Shown here piece after piece: positions 18,844 to 28,043 of a stretch of DNA of 64,000 nucleotides. A program made the position numbers and the translations under genes. Below the pieces are notes generated by a model, which worked only from the letters and a program-made list of their open reading frames with translations, was not told the origin of the DNA and did not search any database. How positions within the stretch are numbered: position 1 is the stretch's first letter; each line of letters starts with the position of its first letter. The stretch is from Candidatus Latescibacterota bacterium (lineage in GTDB: Bacteria > Latescibacterota > UBA2968 > UBA8231), in contig OZ244561.1 of assembly GCA_965217585.1 (NCBI GenBank), positions 6,976,001 to 7,040,000 on the forward strand. Reading direction: 5' to 3'.

Positions 18844-20976
18844 TCAATAAACCACGGCTATAGTACCTACCTTCTCTTCTCTCCTTTCGTCGGCTTCCAA
18901 GCTAATCCGGTAAATGTAGATCCCGGGAGATACCCTCTCTTCCCTGTCGTCTCGCCCGTCCCATGTCTTCAAATAAGCACCGGTTTTAGCAGCCTCGTCC
19001 GTGAGTTCACGGACCAATTGTCCGCTCAGGTCGTAGATCTTCATCTGTATGGATCGTTGTACGGCTACCTCCCGCACCTTGAAGGACAAGGATAGCTCAT
19101 CGTTGATACCATCCCCGTTCGGCGTGAAGGGATTGGGAGAGGTCTCCACGAAGACGAGCAGATCTCCCCCCACAACCGTCCGGACAGACAGCCCATCTCC
19201 TGCATAGCGGAACGTGGCGTTGCCCGGCTCGACCTGCTGTTTCAGCCGGGACGGATCGTCGCTGTTGAACACCCATCCCTTGAACTCGGCGCCGAAACGC
19301 AGCACCGCCGCGTCGAAACTCACCTCCACCTGCTTGCGGCTGTCCTCCTCTGCATCTTGCAGCTTGGGTAGTGCCACGATGATCCGGTCGGACAGGATCT
19401 CAGGAGGAAAAGCCTCCAGGTCGATCTCAGGACCGTTTACCTTGACAGATCGGACCGTATCCGCAGTGGTGTAGGTGAGGATCTCGAGCCGGTCGAATCC
19501 TGCATCTCCCTCCTGAAACTCCGGCTTGACAACATAGGTGAAGGTCTGCGGCTCAAAGGAGACGACATCGATCGGCCAGATCTCCCCCACGATTTGGGAG
19601 GCGGAGGGAGACTGGGCGAATTGAAGCCACAGGGCCTGCAGTTGGGGGGCCTCATTCCGGGTCGAGTAGAGGGCGACGTGGAACTGGAGGTAGCGGCTGG
19701 GACTCGGCGACAGCAGAGGAGTCCCGTCCTTCCATGCGTCGGCCGCTCTGGTGAGGTCGCGCAGGCCGGCTTCGAAGTCGTAGGGTGGCGACCAGAAACT
19801 CCAGTTGTCCGTGTCGTAGATGGGGGGTTGACGTGTGTTGACCGGAAGCAGCTTGTATGTGCCGAAAGTGATCTCTTCCAGGTCGCCCGTGATAGAGTTC
19901 TTTTTCCAGAAGATATCAGGGTCCGGGTCGTTGCCTGTACGGGTCCTGATCTCCACGCCGGTGTCGGGAGGGAACTCTCCGGCCCAGCGGATCTTGCCCC
20001 AGCTAACCGGGTGCCCGAAGTCCAGGATATGGGTGAGGTAAACCGCCTTCCTGACATACCCCTCTCCGTAGACTTCGAACTCGGCGATCTCCCAGTCGCG
20101 GAGCGGATTGAAGGCCCGGATGGCCACCCAGCGCTCGTGCCGCAGAGGGAAGCGAAAGTCCACGACCACGTCCAGGTTCTCTGTAGTCTGCCTGAGGATG
20201 GTGAACGCCGGATCGTTGGTCGACCTGTACAGCCTAGTGCTCTTGAACGCCCGTTTCCCCGGAGGAGGTGTGCCTGACGATACCAGCGGGGCGCTATTGT
20301 CGGCCACCCCGATCTCATACCACTCGAGGAAGTTGGCGGAAAAACTCTCGGTCCCAAACGCGTTCCGGTCCGGCTTGGGATCGGCTATCTGCTCGATCAG
20401 CAGGGCGTCGTCGTCGCCCAGACGGGGAAAGAACCGAATCCGGTTGATCGGGAGGTTCGCCCCGAAGTCCACGATTATGTTCTCCCGCCATGGCCGCGCA
20501 GGGCACGACGTACCTTGGCACGAAGCGATCTCGCCCAACCCGATCCCCAAGGCACCTAAGGGATTCTGGACCATGGTCCGGAAGGTCGCCGTCTTGGGAT
20601 CGCCATCAAAGGACAGACGGATGCTCTGGAGCTGGCCTTCCCGATAGCCCAGGGGTTCACTCGAGGTAATCTGCCCGTCGGCCAAGTCGAGGCGGCGGGC
20701 CAGGTTCTCGTTCGGATCGATCCACACCGGCCGGATCGCGCCGTTGCTGTAGTCGATGAGGGTATCGACTCCGGTCTCTCGTGGAGCTATGCCCACGGCC
20801 ACCGAATCGATCGGCTGGCCGCCTGCGTCGAACACGACATAGAAGCCAGGGGCTTCCGACAAAGCAGCCGGCCAGAGATTCCCTGTATCCCCACCCAGGA
20901 TGTACTCCGACCTTCTGGCCTTTGCCGGCGATGTCAGTACCAGAATCAGCAGGAAGACGCAGAGAGGTACACGCAA
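18844..20976 (-). CDS. Secreted discoidin/Ig/FlgD-tail protein, subtype gamma
   Basis: Likely TTG start at 20976 (signal peptide LRVPLCVFLLILVLTSPAKA); the longer ORF start overlaps the upstream gene and terminator. Strong similarity to 1..1851; ends IAVVY. Confidence 0.8.
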   Translation of the reverse strand: MRVPLCVFLLILVLTSPAKARRSEYILGGDTGNLWPAALSEAPGFYVVFDAGGQPIDSVAVGIAPRETGVDTLIDYSNGAIRPVWIDPNENLARRLDLADGQITSSEPLGYREGQLQSIRLSFDGDPKTATFRTMVQNPLGALGIGLGEIASCQGTSCPARPWRENIIVDFGANLPINRIRFFPRLGDDDALLIEQIADPKPDRNAFGTESFSANFLEWYEIGVADNSAPLVSSGTPPPGKRAFKSTRLYRSTNDPAFTILRQTTENLDVVVDFRFPLRHERWVAIRAFNPLRDWEIAEFEVYGEGYVRKAVYLTHILDFGHPVSWGKIRWAGEFPPDTGVEIRTRTGNDPDPDIFWKKNSITGDLEEITFGTYKLLPVNTRQPPIYDTDNWSFWSPPYDFEAGLRDLTRAADAWKDGTPLLSPSPSRYLQFHVALYSTRNEAPQLQALWLQFAQSPSASQIVGEIWPIDVVSFEPQTFTYVVKPEFQEGDAGFDRLEILTYTTADTVRSVKVNGPEIDLEAFPPEILSDRIIVALPKLQDAEEDSRKQVEVSFDAAVLRFGAEFKGWVFNSDDPSRLKQQVEPGNATFRYAGDGLSVRTVVGGDLLVFVETSPNPFTPNGDGINDELSLSFKVREVAVQRSIQMKIYDLSGQLVRELTDEAAKTGAYLKTWDGRDDREERVSPGIYIYRISLEADERREEKVGTIAVVY

Positions 20977-21046
20977 TATCGTTGCCCGCCTGTCGAATTT
21001 GAGGAAAGGTTTGGAAACACTCAAGAATCTAACAAAATCCAACAGA

Positions 21047-21084
21047 ACAAAAAACCCGTGTTCCGCCAGGGGAACACGGGTTTT
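21047..21084 (-). terminator. Rho-independent terminator after 21105..21974 (possibly bidirectional)
   Basis: Inverted repeat AAAACCCGTGTTCC / GGAACACGGGTTTT with a 6-nt loop and a T-run on the minus strand. Confidence 0.85.
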
Positions 21085-21104
21085 CTCACAACTGCGCCTG
21101 ACGG

Positions 21105-21974
21105 TTACTTGAACTGGGACTTGATGCGGGCCCAGGTATTCGTCCCGACCGCTGTCTCGATCTTCGGGTCCATCTCCATCAGCACGAAGTCGTTCACAGC
21201 CTGGCAGCACGAAGGCTCCCCCGCCATAGACCAATACACATCGCGATCGTCCCCCTCATCCACATCGACGACGTTTGGGGTGATGTGGATGGTCTCTCCT
21301 TCCTCCAGGTCGAATTCTACCACCCCGTCTTCGGACGCAGCCTCGTCCGTTGGCATGGTTTCGACGGGTCTGATCGCCACCTCGTAGTAGTAGGTGCTCT
21401 CGCCGAACTGATCCCCTGTGAAGCTCCATCCGAAGTCGAGCCACCTGCTCCCGGGCGCCATCCAGGTATAGCCTATGGGTTCCAGAGGCCTGAGAAATAT
21501 AAACGTATCTTTGAATGGAGGGACCGCAAACTTGTAACTGAGATTGGTCGCTAAGCCCTCGACGGTATCCATGAGGGGATTCACCTCGATTTCTATGGCA
21601 TCATCGTGGAAGAATTTGCTGGCATCCGCCCGGTCTGTATTGTGTATGTTGTCGAACACCTCGATGGCGAAGTAGAGCATGTTGGCGTTTTCGTTCCAGC
21701 CAACCCGGTGCCGTATATTAATGTTAGTGGCATCGAACCCGCCGCGGCTCAATCCCTTCAACTGGAACGAGTCGTAGAGTTTGTCAGTGAGAATCGTGTA
21801 AGGACTCGTCGGCACGATCTCCCAATCAGTCAGGTCCCCGTCTATCGTCGGAACGGCATCATCGGGAAACTGTACCGCGAAGAAAGTCTCTCCCGGCGGT
21901 TGGTGTGCAGCGCTGATGCCGACAAATCCCAACACGAAACCCACAACTGTAAGCAGGATAGTTACTTTCCTCAT
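21105..21974 (-). CDS. Secreted CBM9/DOMON-like protein with TAVGTNTWARIKSQFK tail
   Basis: ATG 21974 behind GGAGGG; signal peptide SAA-HQPPG; PTIDGDLTDW, DDAIE and GWSF.GD.FGESTYYYE shared with 1983..2930. Confidence 0.85.
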   Translation of the reverse strand: MRKVTILLTVVGFVLGFVGISAAHQPPGETFFAVQFPDDAVPTIDGDLTDWEIVPTSPYTILTDKLYDSFQLKGLSRGGFDATNINIRHRVGWNENANMLYFAIEVFDNIHNTDRADASKFFHDDAIEIEVNPLMDTVEGLATNLSYKFAVPPFKDTFIFLRPLEPIGYTWMAPGSRWLDFGWSFTGDQFGESTYYYEVAIRPVETMPTDEAASEDGVVEFDLEEGETIHITPNVVDVDEGDDRDVYWSMAGEPSCCQAVNDFVLMEMDPKIETAVGTNTWARIKSQFK

Positions 21975-22460
21975 AGCGTCCCTCCTATTGAAGGATTTAT
22001 TACTTGTTTTTTGGGCCATTGGACCCATTTGATTATGCTCCGCTCCTCTTCTAGCACGGAACAATGCGTTTTTATACTTTAAGTAAGACCTCCTTTCTCG
22101 ATTCAGTTATGAGTGAAAGATGGGCCTCTATCTCTAGTCGAAATCTCTTAACTTTTAGCCATTTAAAAGATTCAGTCTACGTCATACGTTGATCAAATTG
22201 CGCAGAGGATCCAGACCGATTGAAAGTCGTACGATGTTAAGCTACTTCAACGGTTTAAAAAAGTCAAAAAAAGATATGAGACTGTTCGTTTCTCATTACC
22301 ATCGTTTGACCCTGCTTGGCGAGGAACGTGCGCCTAGCTCGGAGGGGAAGAAGCCGAATTGATAGAGCAATGGGAGGCGCGGGGTCAAATCCTCGAAAAA
22401 ATGTAAATATTCGTTCAATCCGTTTCTGTAATATTGTATAAGAATAAGATATTGAAAATA

Positions 22461-22474
22461 CTACTGATATGAAT
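22461..22474. repeat. 14-bp target-site duplication, left copy (right copy at 23814..23827)
   Basis: CTACTGATATGAAT immediately flanks both IS ends in direct orientation. Confidence 0.9.
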
Positions 22475-22511
22475 TGTAAAGCCTTAGAGTATTTGGACAC
22501 GGATTTGGGTT

Positions 22512-23414
22512 TCATCCAGCCGCCACCGCGTACTGGGTAGGACGTTTTTCCTGTCGTACTTGGGCGGGGGTTTTATAGCCGTGGCGTTGCAGGATCCACT
22601 GCTGATTGTAGCACTTTTTGAATGCAAGTAGGGCCAACCGAAGCGCTTCAATGGTGGAAAAGGTATGCACCCCCAAGAGGTTCTCCTTGAGTAGGCCAAT
22701 AAAGCGCTCGACGCATCCGTTGCCTTGGGGCTGTCGCACGAAGGAGGGCGACGATTCGATGCCCAGAAAATTCAATTCGTTTTGGAAGTCATCCGATACG
22801 TAGATCGAGCCATGATCGTGCCGCACGGCCAGCCCCGCCGCCCGCTGCGCGGCATAGCCGCCCATGTGTTGGCGGATGCCTTGCCGAATCGGTTCCAAGG
22901 CTTCCAACCGATGGCCGTGCGCCGAGGCATGAATCCCGATGCATTCAAAGGTGCAGTGATCGACACAGACAAAGACATGGGCTGGGCCTTGCTTGTGAGT
23001 CCTCGTTGTCGTCGCGTCTGTGCCCCACATTACGTCCGGCTGATCGGTGATAATCGTCCCGTCGTGGACGGGCAGACCGGGAGGATACCCCCTCCGCTGC
23101 GGGGCCTGCAAACCGTGTTCGCGCATCAGCCGCCGTACCCGCTCTTTGGACGTACGCAGCCCCTGCAAGCGCAGCCTAGCCCACACCTTGCGATAGCCTT
23201 CGCCATGAAAAGGCGAGGCGGCCAACACGTGGCGGATATGATCGACCAAAACCGGATCCGAGCACGGACCCATCGGCCCTCTTTTGCCGGTCGCGCCGAT
23301 GGCCGCGGCCGCTCGGCGCTGGGCGTAGAGCGTCGAACGGGGTACGCGCCAAATCCGACAGACCCGCTGGAGCCCATAGCGCTTGCGGGTGGCGATCGAG
23401 CAGGCCTCACTCAT
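22512..23414 (-). CDS. IS transposase OrfB (HTH plus rve/DDE integrase core)
   Basis: GYRKVWARL; WGTD, RHDHGSIY, GNGCVERF give the D-D-E triad. Confidence 0.9.
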   Translation of the reverse strand: MSEACSIATRKRYGLQRVCRIWRVPRSTLYAQRRAAAAIGATGKRGPMGPCSDPVLVDHIRHVLAASPFHGEGYRKVWARLRLQGLRTSKERVRRLMREHGLQAPQRRGYPPGLPVHDGTIITDQPDVMWGTDATTTRTHKQGPAHVFVCVDHCTFECIGIHASAHGHRLEALEPIRQGIRQHMGGYAAQRAAGLAVRHDHGSIYVSDDFQNELNFLGIESSPSFVRQPQGNGCVERFIGLLKENLLGVHTFSTIEALRLALLAFKKCYNQQWILQRHGYKTPAQVRQEKRPTQYAVAAG

Positions 23415-23758
23415 GGCTTCGACCGCCGCGCTGGTAAAGACCGGCCGCGTTCCAAGTGCTCAATTTTGTGCTCAAGCAAATCGTTGGCCATGGTCAACTC
23501 GCCCACTTTGGCCTGCAACTTTTCGAGTTGGGCTGAGGGCACCTCCGAACCGCTTGACCGCAGACCCGCTTGGCCGGCCGCCAAGAAAGCATCGCGCCAT
23601 TGGCTCAGTTTAGCGGCCGTCACTTTGTATTCACGCGATAATAACTCCAGCTCTGCACCGCCTAACAGGCGAAGGACCGCTTCACTTTTGCGCTGGGCCG
23701 AAAAACGACCCCGGTCTGCCGTGCGATGGCTCTTTTTCATACCGGACACTCCTTTCAA
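23411..23758 (-). CDS. IS transposase OrfA (HTH)
   Basis: RFSAQRKSEAVLRLL..LSQWRDAF..LQAKVGELTM; its stop overlaps the OrfB start (ATGA). Confidence 0.85.
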   Translation of the reverse strand: MKGVSGMKKSHRTADRGRFSAQRKSEAVLRLLGGAELELLSREYKVTAAKLSQWRDAFLAAGQAGLRSSGSEVPSAQLEKLQAKVGELTMANDLLEHKIEHLERGRSLPARRSKP

Positions 23759-24241
23759 CCTAACCCTGAATATAGGGCGGATCGGGTGTCCAAGATAACC
23801 CTAGGGCTAGCCACTACTGATATGAATCCATCAATGCCGATAGGATTTATGGCTTAGTCGTAAGCTCTCGTTTTTGTTAATCCGATACGGGTTAAACGAA
23901 TATTTACGAAAAAATCCAACTTAACCTTGTAAAAACAGTCAGTTATTCACAATCTCAGGAATCGTGAGTGAACAGTCTCCACAAACACATCATAGTAAGG
24001 AAAACGAGGAGTTTTTTTACGTTTTCTGGTCCCTTGACAGACCCCAGATTTCCGGCTTATTTGATTTTATTATCGGCTTATTTTTAGGATTCCCCCGTAG
24101 CATACCATGTGGACCGCATGTGGATCGGTTATGTCCGTGCCTCTACCCACGAGCAGAACCTAGATCGATTTTCAGACGCGCTGTGCCCACCTCTCCCCTT
24201 CTCTGGTACCTGAGCGGGTCCATCATCGGAAAGGAGCTACT

Positions 24242-24922
24242 ATGCAGATTCTACCCAACATCTATCTTCTCGGCGGCTTTGCCTACGCCAACCACCCTAA
24301 TTTCTACCTGATCCACAGCGAGGAGGGCAATGTGGTTGTCGATGCAGCCACCGTCCCGGCAGACCTCGAACTGGCAAAGCAGCACATGGCCCTGTGGGGA
24401 ATTTCTCTGGAGAAGGTGGATTATCTGCTACTGACCCACAGTCACTATGATCACGTTGGCGCTGCGGCCGCTCTGCGCAGCCGGGGCGCACAGGTTATAG
24501 CAGGCCCCGGTGACGCGGAAGGCATAGAGTTGGCCGACTCGCGCACCGCCCCGTACGCGGCCGGGTTTCAGTTGCCACCCTGCAAGATCGATCGCGTGGT
24601 TCACGACGGCGATGTGATCGAAGCTTGCGGATTTCGTTTCGAAGTCCTTCACGCCCCCGGTCATACCAACGGGTCGGTAATATACCAGCTCAGACACCTT
24701 GGACAGATTATCTGGTTCATAGGCGATGTTGTTTTCGCGGATACGTCCCTGGGTTGGAAGGGTGGAGAGGACTTTGACAAACCGACGTATATCAAGACCC
24801 TGAAGCGACTCTCTGAGTTGCCGGTTGACTGCCTGCTCGCCGGCCACTACCATCCCTACCTGGGCAATGCCCATCGTCCCGTCGGTCGTGCCTATGTGAA
24901 CGCCCTGGTTGAATGGCGGTAG
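24242..24922 (+). CDS. Metallo-beta-lactamase-fold hydrolase
   Basis: THSHYDH, APGHTNG, IGD, LAGH motifs; RBS AAGGAG. Confidence 0.9.
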   Translation: MQILPNIYLLGGFAYANHPNFYLIHSEEGNVVVDAATVPADLELAKQHMALWGISLEKVDYLLLTHSHYDHVGAAAALRSRGAQVIAGPGDAEGIELADSRTAPYAAGFQLPPCKIDRVVHDGDVIEACGFRFEVLHAPGHTNGSVIYQLRHLGQIIWFIGDVVFADTSLGWKGGEDFDKPTYIKTLKRLSELPVDCLLAGHYHPYLGNAHRPVGRAYVNALVEWR

Positions 24923-25230
24923 GAAAATGCCCCTAACTGCACGATCAGCTTGCAGGCCTCGTTTCGACATACTCAACCCCTTCACCGCTCTATCTGGTCA
25001 TCCGGCACAGGGGTAGACACCTTCATTTACTACTTCCTGCGCCGGGAATCCGAGGGGAGCGCCAGACACGACTACCAGGTTGCTCTGCTGCTCGAGCTTT
25101 CCTCGGCCGACCTAGGGAAGTCCGCTCAAATCTCCTTTTTTATTACCGACGATACCAGCAACGACCTCTTGCACAACGTGGTGCTTAAAATCGCGGTTTT
25201 CAACCTGATCTCGGCGGACTGGCTCGAATT

Positions 25231-25660
25231 CTTCGTAAAAGTTTCTGATCTGGGCCAATTCCCTATGGGGAATGATCCACTCCGGGATGTAGGGCAATAG
25301 GCTCTCGCGCCAGTTGTTTTCCGGCGAGGCGTAGTAAATCACACTGGTGACTTTCGGCAGGAAGTAGGAGACGAACCCATCCGTGGTGACGCCTGAGCCC
25401 ACGATCCACATGACGTAGATCTGGGCCAATTCGGCTGGGCTCAACATCCACCGGCGGCGGATCAACCCCACCAGGGGGTTGAGGAAGAGCACCAAGACGA
25501 AAAACATGATCACGGGGCCCGGGGTGAAGAACCAGTTGCCGAACCCGGATGTCTTCAGTATCATGTCGGAGTACTGGAAACCAGCGCCGACCACCAGACA
25601 ACCTACCGCGCCGATGAGCAGGGCGCGAAAGCTGGGTACCCATGCAGAGGACGGGATCAC
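25231..25660 (-). pseudogene. Truncated duplicate of the 5' part of the DUF6785-like gene 5643..7562
   Basis: Near-identical to the gene start up to ..QIRNFYE, then switches to unrelated sequence with a stop at 25112. Confidence 0.85.
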
Positions 25661-25745
25661 GGTGCCCCTCCAGGTGCAGTGTATTTGGCTGATGCGGATC
25701 GAATATAGGCAAGATTCGAGCATTGGCCGAATATTTATTGAGGGC
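25231..25745. repeat. 515-bp near-identical direct repeat, copy 2
   Basis: Matches 7133..7647. Confidence 0.95.
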
Positions 25746-25878
25746 TACAAAGTACACCTGCTGGTACTGAAAATGCTGCTTCGTTTGGGCGGCCCACGCC
25801 TGTTTGACCGCGCCTGACCGCTTGGAGACTTTTCAGCTGCGGTCCGTTGCTGAACGTCTCCCGGAAAGGAATTTTCCC

Positions 25879-27810
25879 ATGGCTCCCGAAATCCAAATCC
25901 AGGCAACCCGAGTTTCGCCGCCGCCTACATGGGCGCTCTTGCAGCGCCAGTTGATCCAGACCATGGAGGCGGCCGCGCCCCTGATGGTCGAGCAGTACGC
26001 CGAAAAGGGCGGGGTCTTTTACTACGCCGATTGCGTGGACGACCTCTACGAACAGTGTTATAACTGGGGCCTGTTCTACGCCATGGGCGCAGATGAGCGG
26101 GTGCTGGATTTGGCCCTGCAGCAGTGGAACGCCACCTCCCGCTTCTTCGACGATAGCATCGTGAGCCGGGTGCATCCGCGGTTTATACCACAGATCCATA
26201 ACGAGTACTCCACCGCTGGCGAGCCGGGGGGAGCCGAGTGGCACCACCTAGGCGAAGGCAATATGGCCTTTTACGACTTTGGCGTGGCCGATCCCACCAT
26301 TTCGGAAAACGTGCGCCGCGCCCAGCGCTTTGCCGCCATCCACATGGGCGAAGATCCTGAAGCCCCCAACTACGATCCCGAGCACAAGGTCTTCCGCTCT
26401 CCAATCCAGACCAGCAGGGGCCCCTACCTAAAGACCACGGTCGAGCACGTGATTTCCTGGCTCCAAGGCGGGACCGGAGACGACTACCGCTACTACGGGG
26501 TTCGCGCCTCCCTCTACCCGGCAGTCGAAGACCTGAAGCCGGACTGGCACGAAAACCCCGGGCGCCGGAAAGAGATTGTCAAGCTGTTCGAGGAGATCGT
26601 GCTCAACGGCGACGTAGCCAATAGCCTCGGTGCCACTGCCCTAGTCACCAATGCCTACCTCTACAGCGGAGAGGACAAGTACAAACAGTGGGTCCTGGAC
26701 TACACCGATGCCTGGATGGAGCGGATGCGGCGCAACAACGGCATCATGCCGGACAATGTGGGGCCCACCGGCAAGATCGGCGAGAATCGCCGGGGCAACT
26801 GGTGGGGCGGGCTCTACGGCTGGAATTCCTACTGCGGCTTCAACATCCTGTTCCATTCGCTCACCATCGCCGCCGAGTGTGCCCTTCTGCTCAGCGGCGA
26901 TGCCGGGTACCTCGATCTGCTGCGCTCGCAGATCAACGTCCTGTTGGACAATGCCATCACCCGCGAGGACGGCCAGCTTCTTTTGGCGACCCGGCACACC
27001 CCCGAGGGATGGGGTTATTACCAGTGGGATCCCTCCCCCGAGAGGGGGCACCTCAAAGCCTTCCGCCTGCAGGAACTGGCCCACCTCTATCACGCCTCCA
27101 TGGCGGCCGAGGACTACGCGCTAATCGAGCGGATACGGAAGACCGACCAAGAGCGAGACTGGAACGAGGTCCCCATCGAAGGGGAAAAAAACCACGGCGC
27201 CACGGAACTGGCCCGCTTTCAATACTACGACGGCGAGAATCCGGACTGGCCCGAGAAGATTCTACGGGCCGAGTACGAGAATGCCCAGGCCGCCTTGGAG
27301 ATTATACAGAACGAAGAGCGGGATGCGGCCACCTTGATCGCGGATAACTTCTGTCCCCCCAATCCGGTCTTCACCAAGGGTCTGACACAGGTGATGATGG
27401 GGGCGCCGCAGTCGGTGTACAACGGCGGCCTATTGCGCGCCACCGTGCGCTACTTCGATGCGGAGCGCGCCCGGCCGGGTCTGCCCCCGGATGTGGCCGC
27501 CCTAGTCGACGAGCTCGCATCCGAGAAGGTCGGTATCCAGCTTTTTAACCTCAATACCAGCGAGACGCGCAACCTGATCGTGCAGGCCGGGGCCTTCGGA
27601 GAACACCATTTCACTGAATTGCGCTTCGAGGAAGAAGGTCGGGACAGGGCCGAGACAAAAATCATTCCCGTTGATTCAAAGCACTTCTCAATCCAGCTCC
27701 CACCGGGCACCAATATTCGCCTGGAGGCGAGGATGCGGCGCTTTGCCAATCGGCCTACCTATGCCTTCCCCTGGCATGGAGACAAAATACCGGTGCCTTT
27801 CTTGCCATAA
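25879..27810 (+). CDS. Hypothetical cytoplasmic enzyme, possibly an (alpha/alpha)6-barrel
   Basis: ATG 25879 behind AAAGGA; long ORF rich in W/Y (EWHHLGEG, PDNVG, WWGGLYGW); no signal peptide. The fold call is inference. Confidence 0.75.
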   Translation: MAPEIQIQATRVSPPPTWALLQRQLIQTMEAAAPLMVEQYAEKGGVFYYADCVDDLYEQCYNWGLFYAMGADERVLDLALQQWNATSRFFDDSIVSRVHPRFIPQIHNEYSTAGEPGGAEWHHLGEGNMAFYDFGVADPTISENVRRAQRFAAIHMGEDPEAPNYDPEHKVFRSPIQTSRGPYLKTTVEHVISWLQGGTGDDYRYYGVRASLYPAVEDLKPDWHENPGRRKEIVKLFEEIVLNGDVANSLGATALVTNAYLYSGEDKYKQWVLDYTDAWMERMRRNNGIMPDNVGPTGKIGENRRGNWWGGLYGWNSYCGFNILFHSLTIAAECALLLSGDAGYLDLLRSQINVLLDNAITREDGQLLLATRHTPEGWGYYQWDPSPERGHLKAFRLQELAHLYHASMAAEDYALIERIRKTDQERDWNEVPIEGEKNHGATELARFQYYDGENPDWPEKILRAEYENAQAALEIIQNEERDAATLIADNFCPPNPVFTKGLTQVMMGAPQSVYNGGLLRATVRYFDAERARPGLPPDVAALVDELASEKVGIQLFNLNTSETRNLIVQAGAFGEHHFTELRFEEEGRDRAETKIIPVDSKHFSIQLPPGTNIRLEARMRRFANRPTYAFPWHGDKIPVPFLP

Positions 27811-27827
27811 CAGTCAGAGATCTTCAG

Positions 27828-28040
27828 ATGAGCGACGAGAAATCCATTAAAAACGAAGCCGATCACCTCTTCAACATGGTGAAATGCCAGTACGGCGACC
27901 GGCTCACTCCAGAAGAATTGGCAGAAGTCCACAAGATGGTGGAAAGCAACTTGGAGGCAGCGCACGTCCTGAGAGCCGTCGAGCTAGATCCGCGAGACGA
28001 ACCCTTCTTGGTCTTCACGCCCTACCGCAAGGAGCCATGA
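27828..28040 (+). CDS. Small GatC/AtzG-like amidase partner
   Basis: 70 aa, ..RLTPEELAEV..LRAVEL..DEP..F, ending 3 nt before the amidase. Confidence 0.65.
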   Translation: MSDEKSIKNEADHLFNMVKCQYGDRLTPEELAEVHKMVESNLEAAHVLRAVELDPRDEPFLVFTPYRKEP

Positions 28041-28043
28041 ACC

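Larger units (their letters stand above)
22475..23813 (-). mobile_element. Complete IS3-like insertion sequence (1339 bp)
   Basis: TG...CA ends; imperfect IRs TGTAAAGCCTTAGAGT-ATTTGGACAC versus TGGCTAGCCCTAGGGTTATCTTGGACAC (reverse complement of the right end); orfA/orfB; flanking direct repeat. Confidence 0.9.

Noticed and set aside
20977-21234. N-terminal extension of the 796-aa ORF
   Set aside because: Overlaps the upstream gene and crosses a terminator; the signal peptide begins near 20976.
22725-23798. 357-aa plus-strand ORF inside the IS
   Set aside because: Antisense to orfA/orfB with no independent evidence.
22081-24240. tRNA, ncRNA or riboswitch in the AT-rich intergenic stretches
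   Set aside because: No cloverleaf or recognisable riboswitch consensus seen by eye; an Rfam search would be needed to exclude one.
24950-25230. Possible relic of a FlgD-tail gene (GVDTFIYYF, VLKIAVFNL)
   Set aside because: Resemblance too short to support by eye; needs BLASTx.
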